NCBI GenBank assembly: GCA_024641505.1
Contig: JAHECY010000007.1
Coordinates: forward strand, 7,250 to 71,249
DNA length: 64,000 nt
Reading direction: 5' to 3'
Source: Gammaproteobacteria bacterium
GTDB lineage: Bacteria; Pseudomonadota; Gammaproteobacteria; SG8-11
The translations under genes were made by a program, and so were the position numbers. Under the pieces are notes generated by a model that worked only from the letters and a program-made list of their open reading frames with translations, searched no databases and was not told where the DNA came from. Of the stretch, positions 19,562 to 29,659 are shown piece after piece. Position 1 is the first letter of the stretch. Each line of letters starts with the position of its first letter.

Positions 19562-20905
19562 TCAATCTCCGGAAGGTATCAATAGAGTGACAGTCGTACC
19601 CGCGCCAGGCATACTTTCCAGTTCTATGTCGCCCTGATGCTGTTCCATTATTCGCTTCACGATAGGCAGTCCCAACCCCACCCCGAAACTCCTGGTGCTA
19701 AACATGGGTTCGTAGATTCTGGCACACACCTCCGGTTTAATACCCAGAGCATTATCGACAAATCGAATGGCAATCTTGCCATTGATGATTTCCGTCGTTA
19801 CGGACAGTTGCGCATGGTAACCCGGCTCCGCTATCCCAATACGTTCCACCAAGGCCTGACATGCATTATCAAAGATATTGATCACGGCTCGGGTCATCAA
19901 GTCCGGATCAACCGCGATCACCGGGTCAGCGCTGCTTCGGTTGCGAACCAGTTCAATATGCTCCGGTAAGGACTGATCTGCAAGAACGTCATCCAGCCAG
20001 TGATCCACCGGAAGATATTGCAGATTGAGTGGACGAGTGCGAGAATAATCCAGCAGTTCATCGATGATGTGGTCGCAACGCGTGACGCTGCGTTCAATCC
20101 GTTCCAGGGCGTTAAGGGTTTTTTCATTCAGCGCCGCGCTGTCTTTGCGTATAAAGTGCAGCGAGGGACGTATGCTACCCAAAGGATTGCGCAATTCATG
20201 ACTTACGGTAGCGGTGATTTGGCCTAATGCCGCCAGTCTTTCCTGTTGAAGCAATTGAGCCTGTGTGTCGCGCAGCTTCTGGGTCCGTTCCGTCACCAGT
20301 TCTTCAAGATGTTCACGATAGTCTCGCAATTCCGCTTCGGCCCTTTCCTGCTCCGCCAACTGGCGTTGGCGTTCTATTTCCATGGCAATACGCTGGCCAA
20401 AGATTCGCAACATGTCGTGATCCGCTTCTGTGAACTCATGCGCCCGGTCATCCAGCAGGCAGGTAACCGCCAGCACCTGACCGTCACTGCCCAACGCCGG
20501 GAATCCACAGTAAGAATACGCGTTATGCTGCTTGAGAAAATGGGCTTCGGGAAACCGTTCCATCACCTTGTCATATACCCGATAGTCTTTGGTTTGTTCC
20601 ACTGTCGCGCATGGCGTCACATGTAAATCACATTGGCCGGCGTTGAGAAACATTTCACCTTGAACATAAACACTGAGAAAATACAGCTTGTCACCGCGTA
20701 GTTCGGATAGACACACCACTTTGACATCGAGCAATTGACCGATCATGCGCGCGGCAAGCTCAAAAACTTCCATTGGATTGCCTGACAAAATCATGCTGAG
20801 TTCATATAATTTCTTCAACCGGGTGATTTCATCCGCTGGCGACACCACCGGTTGCAACGGCTCGATTGCCGGAAATTGTATGAGGGTCTTCTGAGTGGCG
20901 GTCAT
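19562..20905 (-). CDS. Cytoplasmic GAF-domain sensor histidine kinase
   Basis: GAF (TPC...YCGFP); VSHELRNPL; GVGLGL; start chosen at MTATQK. Confidence 0.88.
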   Translation of the reverse strand: MTATQKTLIQFPAIEPLQPVVSPADEITRLKKLYELSMILSGNPMEVFELAARMIGQLLDVKVVCLSELRGDKLYFLSVYVQGEMFLNAGQCDLHVTPCATVEQTKDYRVYDKVMERFPEAHFLKQHNAYSYCGFPALGSDGQVLAVTCLLDDRAHEFTEADHDMLRIFGQRIAMEIERQRQLAEQERAEAELRDYREHLEELVTERTQKLRDTQAQLLQQERLAALGQITATVSHELRNPLGSIRPSLHFIRKDSAALNEKTLNALERIERSVTRCDHIIDELLDYSRTRPLNLQYLPVDHWLDDVLADQSLPEHIELVRNRSSADPVIAVDPDLMTRAVINIFDNACQALVERIGIAEPGYHAQLSVTTEIINGKIAIRFVDNALGIKPEVCARIYEPMFSTRSFGVGLGLPIVKRIMEQHQGDIELESMPGAGTTVTLLIPSGD

Positions 20906-21249
20906 GTCGGTTCCTGAAGCTGAGCACTCCCTCGCCTGAATATTGCTGCAAAACCAATATTTAACACCATTGCAGCACAATCTGACTTATTTTTATATCA
21001 GATGCATTTCTTAGTCCAATAACAAATAAGGAATAAAGGTAATAAAGCGTTATAAAGTGTTATATAGTATTGACGATTGAGCGACACTAAGGTGCGGTGG
21101 TCAAGGAAGTCTTGTTGCGCGTCGCTCGGAGGGTGTCCTGTTCAACACGGCCCCTGTGTTTTAAAATATTGTTTTATAACATATTTTTTAAATACCGTCC
21201 TGCTTACGGACGCGTTCCCATCGGCGCCATCCGTAAGCGAACCGTAGCT

Positions 21250-21615
21250 TCAATTCAGCAGCTTTGCGATGTCATCAGCAGCACGCTTAACATCCAGGAA
21301 CACCAGTCCCAGCTTCGCCTTGGGCTTAGCCAATACAGTCACTACGGCTTCTTTTCCCGCCTGTGTCATCACCACATAGCCATGATCCCCCTTGATCAGG
21401 ATCTGTTCGAGGTTGCCGCGGGTGAGCTCATCAGCAGTGCGATCACCCAACGACAGCATGGCAGCGCTCATCGCACCCATTTTGTCTTCATCCAGAGATT
21501 GTGGCAACACTGCGCCGATCGTGAGACCATCCATGGAGATGACCGCGGATGCTTCAATATCCGGGGAAGTACCGTTCAGTTCGCTTAGAATTGAACCTAT
21601 CATTTGGTTTCGCAT
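21250..21615 (-). CDS. Roadblock/LC7 (MglB-like) protein
   Basis: IEASAVISMDGL, GAMSAAMLSLG, LGLVFLD. Confidence 0.92.
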   Translation of the reverse strand: MRNQMIGSILSELNGTSPDIEASAVISMDGLTIGAVLPQSLDEDKMGAMSAAMLSLGDRTADELTRGNLEQILIKGDHGYVVMTQAGKEAVVTVLAKPKAKLGLVFLDVKRAADDIAKLLN

Positions 21616-21778
21616 GGTGATCGCTCCTGGTTGCTTACAATCGAACTATTTTGTTTACTACTTCACGGTTAGCTAATTTTCACTATCTACAGTTTTTAAT
21701 TATATTGCCTAGCAAAACCGATGCCTGATGTCGCGTCTTCTTCCCCATATCGTTTATTCTGGCAGTGATATCTCTGCA

Positions 21779-22351
21779 CTAGTGTTTGCCGTCATAAGCA
21801 GCAGCAAGTTTCTCGAACAATTTTTGACTCATTCCAGTGATGGCCAGGAATTTGTCTTTAACTTCCGTTATCGACGCCTGATACGAGGCTTGCATGATAA
21901 TCAAGGAAAATCCCAGACTGGCATTCAATGCCTGAATCATGGCCACGCAGGTTTTGGCGTCATTACCGTATACCTGCGGCACCAGCCGGTAAAGCTCATT
22001 CGCTATCAAGGTAGTGCCACCTGCCATGAATTCAGCGGGTAAATCGACTTGCACATGCACACATCCCACGGTATACATCTGCGCCACATAGGACACATCG
22101 TATCTTCCAGTGACGACCCTTTGCAGCCAATTCACATGAGTTTTTTTCAGATGCTCCACCCTGCCCTCAATATACGGTAAAGCATTGGGAATTTTCTGCA
22201 GCGTGCCATAAAACTTGTCAGTTATCTCGACCAGATACGGCTCGAGACGTTTACCTTCAGCGGCTATCAGTGCCTCCCTTTCCGGGGTGAGATCCGCGAA
22301 TACCTTGGCATAAAGTCCCAGCGCACTATACTCATTATCGGTCAATTCCAC
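21779..22351 (-). CDS. Stand-alone protoglobin / sensor globin
   Basis: DKFY..L, LKKTH..W, VGCVH..V.LP (proximal His); GGAGG RBS before the GTG at 22351. Confidence 0.82.
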   Translation of the reverse strand: MELTDNEYSALGLYAKVFADLTPEREALIAAEGKRLEPYLVEITDKFYGTLQKIPNALPYIEGRVEHLKKTHVNWLQRVVTGRYDVSYVAQMYTVGCVHVQVDLPAEFMAGGTTLIANELYRLVPQVYGNDAKTCVAMIQALNASLGFSLIIMQASYQASITEVKDKFLAITGMSQKLFEKLAAAYDGKH

Positions 22352-22374
22352 CGCTTCCTCCCGCTTTTCATCGT

Positions 22375-23016
22375 CTAATGAGTTGTATGATAGCGCACAC
22401 TTAATACCCAAATCAGTTGCATCAACGCCGGCTGATTCAGGCAAGGCATGCCTTCCACTGCCAACACGAATCGATGTTCACCAATATAAAGCGGCCAAAA
22501 ACCGATCTGACTATTGCCGGCGGCATCCACCAATGCCCACGCACTGGTCGACATATCCAGATCTCGGGTTAGCAGGTTCATATGGCGCTCTTGAAGAGAC
22601 GCCAGGTCCGCTGTAAGCGCGGACAGTTCCTCGACATACTCTTGATCAAATCCGTGACCGGAGATGTAAAATCCCTGGTAATCCGCCAAAAGCACCTTAC
22701 CATTTCCGGACAAAGGGATAAGCAGATCAGGCAGCAACGCCTCTAGATTACCCTGAGGCGCATATTGCACTTCGGGTGTACCTTGCACCCATCCCAGTTT
22801 CTGCAACCGTTTTAGCAGTACCGTGGCTTCGGTTTCATCGTCAATTCCTGACCACGTCTGCACGCCTTCAAGCGTCAACAATGGACTGCTGGCGCATTGC
22901 ATCAGTGACTGCAAAAGTCTTTGAGGCGGGGCCGATGATGGCCTGGACACCGCGTAGTACGCGCCGGAAGGCGTGGGCAGGAGATAAAGATCTTCGAGGA
23001 TACGGCGTTGCTCCAT
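22375..23016 (-). CDS. Hypothetical protein: N-terminal winged-helix-like region and C-terminal roadblock-like domain
   Basis: LKRLQKLGWV; VLLADYQGFYIS...EELSAL pattern typical of the roadblock fold. Confidence 0.65.
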   Translation of the reverse strand: MEQRRILEDLYLLPTPSGAYYAVSRPSSAPPQRLLQSLMQCASSPLLTLEGVQTWSGIDDETEATVLLKRLQKLGWVQGTPEVQYAPQGNLEALLPDLLIPLSGNGKVLLADYQGFYISGHGFDQEYVEELSALTADLASLQERHMNLLTRDLDMSTSAWALVDAAGNSQIGFWPLYIGEHRFVLAVEGMPCLNQPALMQLIWVLSVRYHTTH

Positions 23017-23041
23017 ACAAATATTATTTTTGCCTCCAGGT

Positions 23042-24529
23042 TTACGACTGACCCTTTATCCGTGTATACAACCGTTTCAGAATACCACCGGCTCTATCGC
23101 TGGACAGGTCATCATCCACCATGATTTCCGGTTCTTCCACTGTCAGCACCCTCGCGGACACTGCGACATTCTCGTCACCGCGTGTTTGTCCAGGCCTGTG
23201 CAGGTTGACTGATTTGACAAAGCCCAATGCTTTAGCCGCGCTGTAAAAACTGAATATATCCTGCTGCGAGACATCTAGCAACTGCAATGTCTGAACTAAA
23301 GAGCAGGGTTGCTGGTGCCATAATTCGGCGATCGTCCGCAGGCTGTCGCCAAGACCAAAGCGTTCCGCGTCAGGCATGTGTTTCAAATAAAATTGACCCG
23401 TGATATCTGTACCTATAGGGATGCGACCATGGGCGGCGCGCATAGCCAACTCCCATAATACAATATCCCAGTCCAACAGGACGCCGGACGCCTCGGTTAT
23501 CATTTGGTGTCGGGAGTTGGACAATATTGAAATTTTGATATTGTCGTTATTGATCGGTACCCGGCCCACTGCGTACAGGGCACGCTCATTATGCTCGATC
23601 AGCACCTTCCGATCATCATATAAAATGATCAGTGACTGTACCTGGGCTTCCAGCAATACATTCTTCTTACTGGTATATGATAAATTGAGCGCCTTCTTCA
23701 GATAGCCCTGCAAGTAATATTCAGGATTATAAATCACGTGAACGAGATCGCTGGAATTCGGCAATCCGACCGCAGGATGCACATTTCCCGTGGACTCGTG
23801 TTCCACCGGCGCTTTTTCTTCCACATCGACTTTGCTACTTTGGGCCGAGCTTGACGCCAAAGCAGGTGTCAGTCCGGTGAGCCCAATTTGTTCCGGCGCT
23901 GGCGTTGTGTTCACGAAAATTCGCGGCTGCGCCGTTGGCGCCACCGTTTCGGCTGAAGGCAGCGCAACTTCCGCACCGGCCAACTTCGCCATCACGCCGG
24001 GCAGTTCCGCTACCTGCAATTCATTTTCCAATATCGGAACAGTCACACCCCAGCCGCCCACTGAAGCAACACTTCTAGGGGGTGGCGTACCTGTCGCGCC
24101 CCGCACTCGTCTTTGAGACTGAACGGTACTCTGCTTCGAGGGGCTACCCTCGAAATTAATGATATTTGATGCCGATTTTTGTTCTCCGGCACGCAACTGA
24201 GTGGCGCGCGCGGCCTGCGCATCGTGAAGTGCGCGTTTCAGCAGCTCGGGTTCCACTGGCTTACGCAAAACCATCGCGTGCTCGGAGCTAAAAGCATGGA
24301 CCGATTGCACAATGGAGGGTCTTCCGGGAAATTGTCGTTGAATACGCGTCCATTCCGCCTGCCCGGTCACTCCATCCAGGTCTACCAAATTGATATCGGC
24401 GTCACCGTTTTCCGCAATTGCATATTTTCCAGCACAAGGTCCTTTGAAAAAAATACGCAGGATATTGATATTCTGCTGGCTCATCCCGATGGCCGTAACC
24501 CGCACCTGCTGATTGTTATCACGCATCAT
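23042..24529 (-). CDS. Hypothetical protein: receiver-like N-terminus, low-complexity linker, PATAN/DUF4388-like C-terminus, terminal amphipathic helix
   Basis: ADINLVDLDG...LRKPV; LWELAM...GRIP; FYSAAKALG; GILKRLYTRIKG. Confidence 0.6.
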   Translation of the reverse strand: MMRDNNQQVRVTAIGMSQQNINILRIFFKGPCAGKYAIAENGDADINLVDLDGVTGQAEWTRIQRQFPGRPSIVQSVHAFSSEHAMVLRKPVEPELLKRALHDAQAARATQLRAGEQKSASNIINFEGSPSKQSTVQSQRRVRGATGTPPPRSVASVGGWGVTVPILENELQVAELPGVMAKLAGAEVALPSAETVAPTAQPRIFVNTTPAPEQIGLTGLTPALASSSAQSSKVDVEEKAPVEHESTGNVHPAVGLPNSSDLVHVIYNPEYYLQGYLKKALNLSYTSKKNVLLEAQVQSLIILYDDRKVLIEHNERALYAVGRVPINNDNIKISILSNSRHQMITEASGVLLDWDIVLWELAMRAAHGRIPIGTDITGQFYLKHMPDAERFGLGDSLRTIAELWHQQPCSLVQTLQLLDVSQQDIFSFYSAAKALGFVKSVNLHRPGQTRGDENVAVSARVLTVEEPEIMVDDDLSSDRAGGILKRLYTRIKGQS

Positions 24530-24608
24530 GGTACCGACTCCTGGATAATGAATTTTTGATCGTATCCTTACCCAACATCCGGGGCTGCTTACCCGATGTT
24601 TAAACTCC

Positions 24609-25130
24609 TTATGGCCAATCTTGTTGCCGCATTTTACGAATAAGTACGTTTTCCACCAACCCCGAATTTCCCACCAAGCCTTTGGTCAGCACGGAGCGCG
24701 GCGCGGCCGGCATCGGCGTCATGGCGGTAATCCCCCCAATCAGGTGCTGTTCGAGCACCTGCAGGGTCTCCGGGCGTAACACCGCTGCGCATTGGCGCAA
24801 CACCCGTTTGCGCAGCGTCAATCCTTCCTTGCCCAGCGCAATAAACAAATCCAGTACCGCCCCATAGGTACCGTCAATGTCGTCATACACGCGGTTGACG
24901 TTGATGCGTTGCACATGCACACGCAAATCATTGGGTACGCGCGCAACATGGTGCGCAAGATAGTCACGGGCTTTGTCACTCCAATTCGCCACATTCAGAT
25001 AAAGTGCTTTGTGGCCCGAAATAATAAAAGCGGGTTCGACGACAACTTCAACATCACCGATTACACGCGCCAGTTCGACGAGTTTCTCGGCATTGCGAAG
25101 AAACAATTCCGCGGGAAGGGGTCGACTCAT
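24609..25130 (-). CDS. Hypothetical helical protein, first gene of the roadblock operon
   Basis: Long ORF with P.DLRVHVQRI and GAVLDLFIALG..G..LRKR motifs; co-oriented with the operon. Confidence 0.65.
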   Translation of the reverse strand: MSRPLPAELFLRNAEKLVELARVIGDVEVVVEPAFIISGHKALYLNVANWSDKARDYLAHHVARVPNDLRVHVQRINVNRVYDDIDGTYGAVLDLFIALGKEGLTLRKRVLRQCAAVLRPETLQVLEQHLIGGITAMTPMPAAPRSVLTKGLVGNSGLVENVLIRKMRQQDWP

Positions 25131-25568
25131 AAAATAACACCTTTTATCGAGTATATAGACGAGCACCTGTTACAAGTATCTGATTTAGCAGTCGAATCTT
25201 AACATCGCATTAAGAATCACATTATCCCACTCGCATGAGTGAAATACAGGCAATCATGTATTAATTTATTTGTGGGTTTGTGGCAAGAAGGTGTCTATCT
25301 GTTGCAACTTCACAAATGCTTTACCGACCATAATCCATGGAAAAGCGCCGTCACCGAAATCGGATGATCACTGGCCATCTCAACCTTCCAATCATCGGAC
25401 CCGTGTTTATCGTTACCACACCCGACCCGGTAGTGATTTGTCAGTCGCCGCCACGCCCGGACCGTACTTGATTACGTAATAACATTCTGCAGACACCGCC
25501 AACATTTGATATAACCAGTAAATATTAGCTCATCAATAATTTGACGGTGACGCACGACATGACCGATA

Positions 25569-25590
25569 AATTGTGACTTAGATAACAGTT
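25569..25590. promoter_or_regulatory. CRP-like site in the divergent promoter region
   Basis: AATTGTGA-CTTAGA-TAACAGTT; core matches TGTGA-N6-TCACA at 9/10. Confidence 0.4.
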
Positions 25591-25690
25591 TACGACCAAA
25601 CTTACCGTGACACTGGGATAAATAACAACAACAATGTTGTTTTACAAAAGATGGAAGTGAGTGCAATTGGATGTTAGGGGGTACTTTGTT

Positions 25691-26134
25691 ATGGTGTTAA
25701 CCAATAAAACCTACTTTGCGGTAGGCAGTCTGATCTTGATCGCCGGAAAATCCGGCCCGCTATCGCTGCATGAAATCGCAAAAGTATTCAGGATTTCCGT
25801 TTCCTATCTGGAACAGATTTTCAACAAATTGAAAGCCGCAGGTTTCGTCGCCGGTGTCCGTGGCCCCAGCGGTGGCTATATACTGGCTCGACCGGCCGCA
25901 GATATCAAACTGGTGGCGGTGCTACAGGCCTTGGCAAACGGCACCGGCGATATCTTGCGCGATCGGCAGGAGCTTACGATGCGGGATCAGCTGTTGAGTA
26001 AAATGAAAAGTGAAGTCAGGCTGGTGCTGGAACCACTTACCTTGTCGGATATGATGCTGGACGGCGACACTCCGTACGCGCCCCCACCCGCCGCTGCCAC
26101 CCAAGTTACGGAGAATCCGTTGACTGGCGGGTAA
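25691..26134 (+). CDS. Rrf2-family transcription regulator (IscR-like HTH, no Cys)
   Basis: ISVSYLEQIF.KL...VRGPSGGY.LARPA. Confidence 0.88.
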   Translation: MVLTNKTYFAVGSLILIAGKSGPLSLHEIAKVFRISVSYLEQIFNKLKAAGFVAGVRGPSGGYILARPAADIKLVAVLQALANGTGDILRDRQELTMRDQLLSKMKSEVRLVLEPLTLSDMMLDGDTPYAPPPAAATQVTENPLTGG

Positions 26135-26137
26135 CGA

Positions 26138-27226
26138 TCAGGGTCGAACCGGTAATTCGATCCAGAATGTGGCGCCTTTTTCATCATTATTACGCACGCC
26201 AATCTGGCCTTCATGAAGGGTCATCAGTTGTTTGCAAATCGACAACCCCAGGCCGGTACTCACCTCCCCGCCGGTGGGGAGATTCTGCGTACGTTTGTGT
26301 TTCTGAAACAGATTGTTGATATCGGTACCGTTGATACCCGGACCCTCATCGCTCACTTCAAACACGACGCTGCCATTGCGGGAAAAAGTGCGTACGCGCG
26401 TCGTAGTTTTGGTCGGACTGTATTTGATGGCGTTTCCGACCATGTTATCCACGACCTGCATGATTCTATCAGGATCAACAAAAATGTCCGGCAAGACCTC
26501 ATCCAGGGCCTCCTCAAGCTCGATACCTTTATTGCGCGCATATTCGTAATTCTGCGAGAGGCAATCCCTGATTAAATGGTTTAACTGCAATTTATGCCGT
26601 TTTAGTTTGATCTGCCCATGTTCAACGATGCTAAGATCCAGGTAGTCCTCGATATGCTTTTGAATGGTTTTTGCCGACCGAGTCAGCAGACTCAGCATGT
26701 CTTCGATGTCAGCGGTGTTACTGTCCAGTTTACTAAGTTCGCCTCGCATCACCTCGGCAATATCCATGATTACGGCAATGGGCTTCTTGATATCGTGACT
26801 GGCAATACTCAGAAACTCCTGGTTCTGCTCCGACAATTGTTTGAGAATCAGGTGGGTATGAACGCGCGCCAGAACCACGTCAAAATCAAATGGTTTGGTA
26901 ATGTAATCATTGGCACCACTTTTCAACGCATTGACCGTATAGTCAAAATCATTCAGGGCGGTAACCATGATTACCGGTAATTGCACCAGACTGTAGGTTT
27001 TTCGAATCTCTTGCAATGCGATAATGCCATCCATCACCGGCATCATGATATCCAGCATTACCAGATCGCAGTCCTGGGTGTCGAGGATATCCAGACATTG
27101 TTGTCCGTCCTCCGCTTCCAGCACCTTATGGCCTTGTCTCTGGAGATGGCGCATCAGAATATTCCGGTTGGACGGATTATCGTCAACGACGAGTAATGTT
27201 GCTTGATCTACCGGCATTATTTCCAC
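26138..27226 (-). CDS. Hybrid REC-HisKA-HATPase kinase
   Basis: VVDDN, LDIMMP, DYITKP; ASHDIKKP; NAIKY; TGLGL. Confidence 0.92.
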   Translation of the reverse strand: MEIMPVDQATLLVVDDNPSNRNILMRHLQRQGHKVLEAEDGQQCLDILDTQDCDLVMLDIMMPVMDGIIALQEIRKTYSLVQLPVIMVTALNDFDYTVNALKSGANDYITKPFDFDVVLARVHTHLILKQLSEQNQEFLSIASHDIKKPIAVIMDIAEVMRGELSKLDSNTADIEDMLSLLTRSAKTIQKHIEDYLDLSIVEHGQIKLKRHKLQLNHLIRDCLSQNYEYARNKGIELEEALDEVLPDIFVDPDRIMQVVDNMVGNAIKYSPTKTTTRVRTFSRNGSVVFEVSDEGPGINGTDINNLFQKHKRTQNLPTGGEVSTGLGLSICKQLMTLHEGQIGVRNNDEKGATFWIELPVRP

Positions 27227-27489
27227 AATCCCCTTTCTCCCCTACCATATCGGCTGCTTCGATAATTGCTTGAAATTCATTACCCATATTGGAAAATAGG
27301 GATCTTGGATCTAAAAAGCGGAAACCATGAGCCAGACAGGGTATTATTAAGAAAAAAACCTTTCGTTGTCGGAACTGCCCTTATAATGACTATCCCACGC
27401 GCACCACACGACCATGCATATACTTGGCGCACGGGCGAACCGCCATGTGTTGATGCGTGTGCGCGCCATTTGAACGAGGGAAGATTGCC

Positions 27490-27984
27490 ATGAACCCGGA
27501 AGCAGTAATGTTGGAACGTACGCCTTTTTACGGCGGACTGAGCACAGAGACAATTCGCCACCTGACATCCAATGCACAACTTGTCACCGTCAAGGCGCGA
27601 GACTACTTTTTCCATGAAGCGGATACCGCGGATGCCATGTATCTACTGACGGAAGGCAAGGTCGCGATTACTCGGCGCTTTGAAGGCAAGGAATATATTC
27701 TGGCGTTTCTACATGCGGGAGATTGCTTCGGTGAAATGGCATTGATGGATTTCCGTGACCGCAGCGCATCGGTTCGGGCGGAAACAGACTCCCAGGCGTT
27801 AAAAATTACTCCGGGTTTGCTATATGAATTGTATAAATCCGATGCCGAGCAATTTACCCTGATTCAGATGAATCTGGGCCGGGAAATTTCCCGGCGTTTG
27901 CGCGATGCTGATCAAACCACTTTCGAGCAAGCCATTCTGACGCAACGTTTTGTCACCGGTGAATTCAGCATCAATGCAATTTGA
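27490..27984 (+). CDS. Cyclic-nucleotide-binding (Crp-type) protein without an obvious HTH
   Basis: GDCFGEMAL...RSASVRA. Confidence 0.88.
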   Translation: MNPEAVMLERTPFYGGLSTETIRHLTSNAQLVTVKARDYFFHEADTADAMYLLTEGKVAITRRFEGKEYILAFLHAGDCFGEMALMDFRDRSASVRAETDSQALKITPGLLYELYKSDAEQFTLIQMNLGREISRRLRDADQTTFEQAILTQRFVTGEFSINAI

Positions 27985-29650
27985 TCCAGCCGCTGTGCGC
28001 CACGGTAACTCGTTGGGCATTGCGTATTTACCGATGCTTGTTATTGCTGCCGTCACTTGGCCGGCAATCTCGCATGCGCAGCCAGCCGCCGTCGCCTTTT
28101 CAACTTTTGCCGGCAGCGATTCATATGATTCAGTATCCGCGATCACGGTCGACGTCGACGGATACATCTATGTCGCCGGTTACACTTTCGCGGAAAATTA
28201 CCCGGTCACGTTCAGCATCGGCGTTAACGGCGGTATTGATGCCATGATCAGCAAATTCAGTGCCGATGGCAGCCGCCTGATATTCAGCACCCGCATCGGA
28301 GGCAGTGGCCACGATCGGGCCCGAGATATCGCGGTGGACGATATCGGCAACATCTATGTCGTTGGTGAAACGGATTCCTTCGACTTTCCCATGGTGCGCT
28401 CCTGGCAACAACAGAACCGCGGCGATCCCAATATCACGAGCATCGCCAATAGTGAAGCGTTTATTGTCAAACTCGGGCCGCACGGCGATCACTTGGAATT
28501 CGCAACTTATTTTGGTGGCAGTGGATATGACGCCGCCCATGGTATTGCCCTGGATCATACTCGGCGCGTCTATATTACCGGCGAAACAACATCGCCGGAC
28601 CTCGACGTTACCGAACAGAGCCTGGATGGCAGTTGCGGTACTGACGGCAAGTGCGACAGCGCGTCAGCGCTCGTGGGATTTGATGCTTTCTTCGCGGTAT
28701 TCGATTTTTATAGCGACCGGCAACTGATCTATGGTACTTATCTAGGGGGTGGCAATAGCGACAAAGCGCATGACATTCTGTTTCAGGAAGACACCGGCAT
28801 CGCTTATGTCACCGGGGAAACTTCATCCGGGGATTTTCCGTTGCGCGGATCCCTGCAGGATCACAACGCGGGAAAAATCGACGCTTTTATCGCCGGCATA
28901 GATTACCGGATAGCCGGACAGGAAGCCCTGGTTTTTTCCAGTTATCTAGGGGGCAGCGCGGAAGATCTTGCGGTGGCGCTGGCCTCGACTCCCGAAGGCG
29001 ATCTGGTGGTTATTGGCGATACTGCCTCACGGGATTTTCCCTTAGTCCATGGTTTTCAAAAAAGATTACGTGGTGAGCGTGATATTTTCCTGGCGCGCAT
29101 CGCAACGGTTGGGGGCTACACCATCACGTCGACCTCGTACTACGGTGGCGGTGGTGATGAGAGCGCTGCAGGCATCGCCGTAAACTCGACAGGTGTGATT
29201 TATATCGCGGGCAACTCCAGTGCCACGGATGTGCCTGTGTGGAATGCTGACCGCGCGGTGCCGGCCGCAGGCAACGGTTTTGTCGCCGCCTTTGCCGCCG
29301 ATATGTACAGCCTGTACTACGCGCAGTACTACGGCGGTGATGCAGACGATATGATCAGCAGTGTCGCCAGCAGCTCCCAAGGGGCGTTGATCATTGCTGG
29401 TGACACCGAATCATCAGCACTGCCGCAAACTGGTAATGCCTACCAACACACCAATAGCGGTGCAATGGATATTTTCATCGCGGCCATGGAGCCGATCACC
29501 GATCCCGCCACCGGCAGCGCCGACCGGGCGCTGCCGGCCGAAACTGATCACCCGCGGGGGACCGGCATTTTGGATGTCACTAGCTTGTTACTTGTCTTGC
29601 TGACATTTCTCGGCTGCCGCACCCGACGCAGCGGCAAACCTTGGAGATAA
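27974..29650 (+). CDS. Secreted SBBP beta-propeller repeat protein with a C-terminal membrane anchor
   Basis: Repeated [ST]Y[LF]GG...D.A..IA.D..G..Y[IV].G.T.S.DFP; C-terminal GTG-hydrophobic-RTRR tail. Confidence 0.85.
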   Translation: MQFDPAAVRHGNSLGIAYLPMLVIAAVTWPAISHAQPAAVAFSTFAGSDSYDSVSAITVDVDGYIYVAGYTFAENYPVTFSIGVNGGIDAMISKFSADGSRLIFSTRIGGSGHDRARDIAVDDIGNIYVVGETDSFDFPMVRSWQQQNRGDPNITSIANSEAFIVKLGPHGDHLEFATYFGGSGYDAAHGIALDHTRRVYITGETTSPDLDVTEQSLDGSCGTDGKCDSASALVGFDAFFAVFDFYSDRQLIYGTYLGGGNSDKAHDILFQEDTGIAYVTGETSSGDFPLRGSLQDHNAGKIDAFIAGIDYRIAGQEALVFSSYLGGSAEDLAVALASTPEGDLVVIGDTASRDFPLVHGFQKRLRGERDIFLARIATVGGYTITSTSYYGGGGDESAAGIAVNSTGVIYIAGNSSATDVPVWNADRAVPAAGNGFVAAFAADMYSLYYAQYYGGDADDMISSVASSSQGALIIAGDTESSALPQTGNAYQHTNSGAMDIFIAAMEPITDPATGSADRALPAETDHPRGTGILDVTSLLLVLLTFLGCRTRRSGKPWR

Positions 29651-29659
29651 GAAGATATT

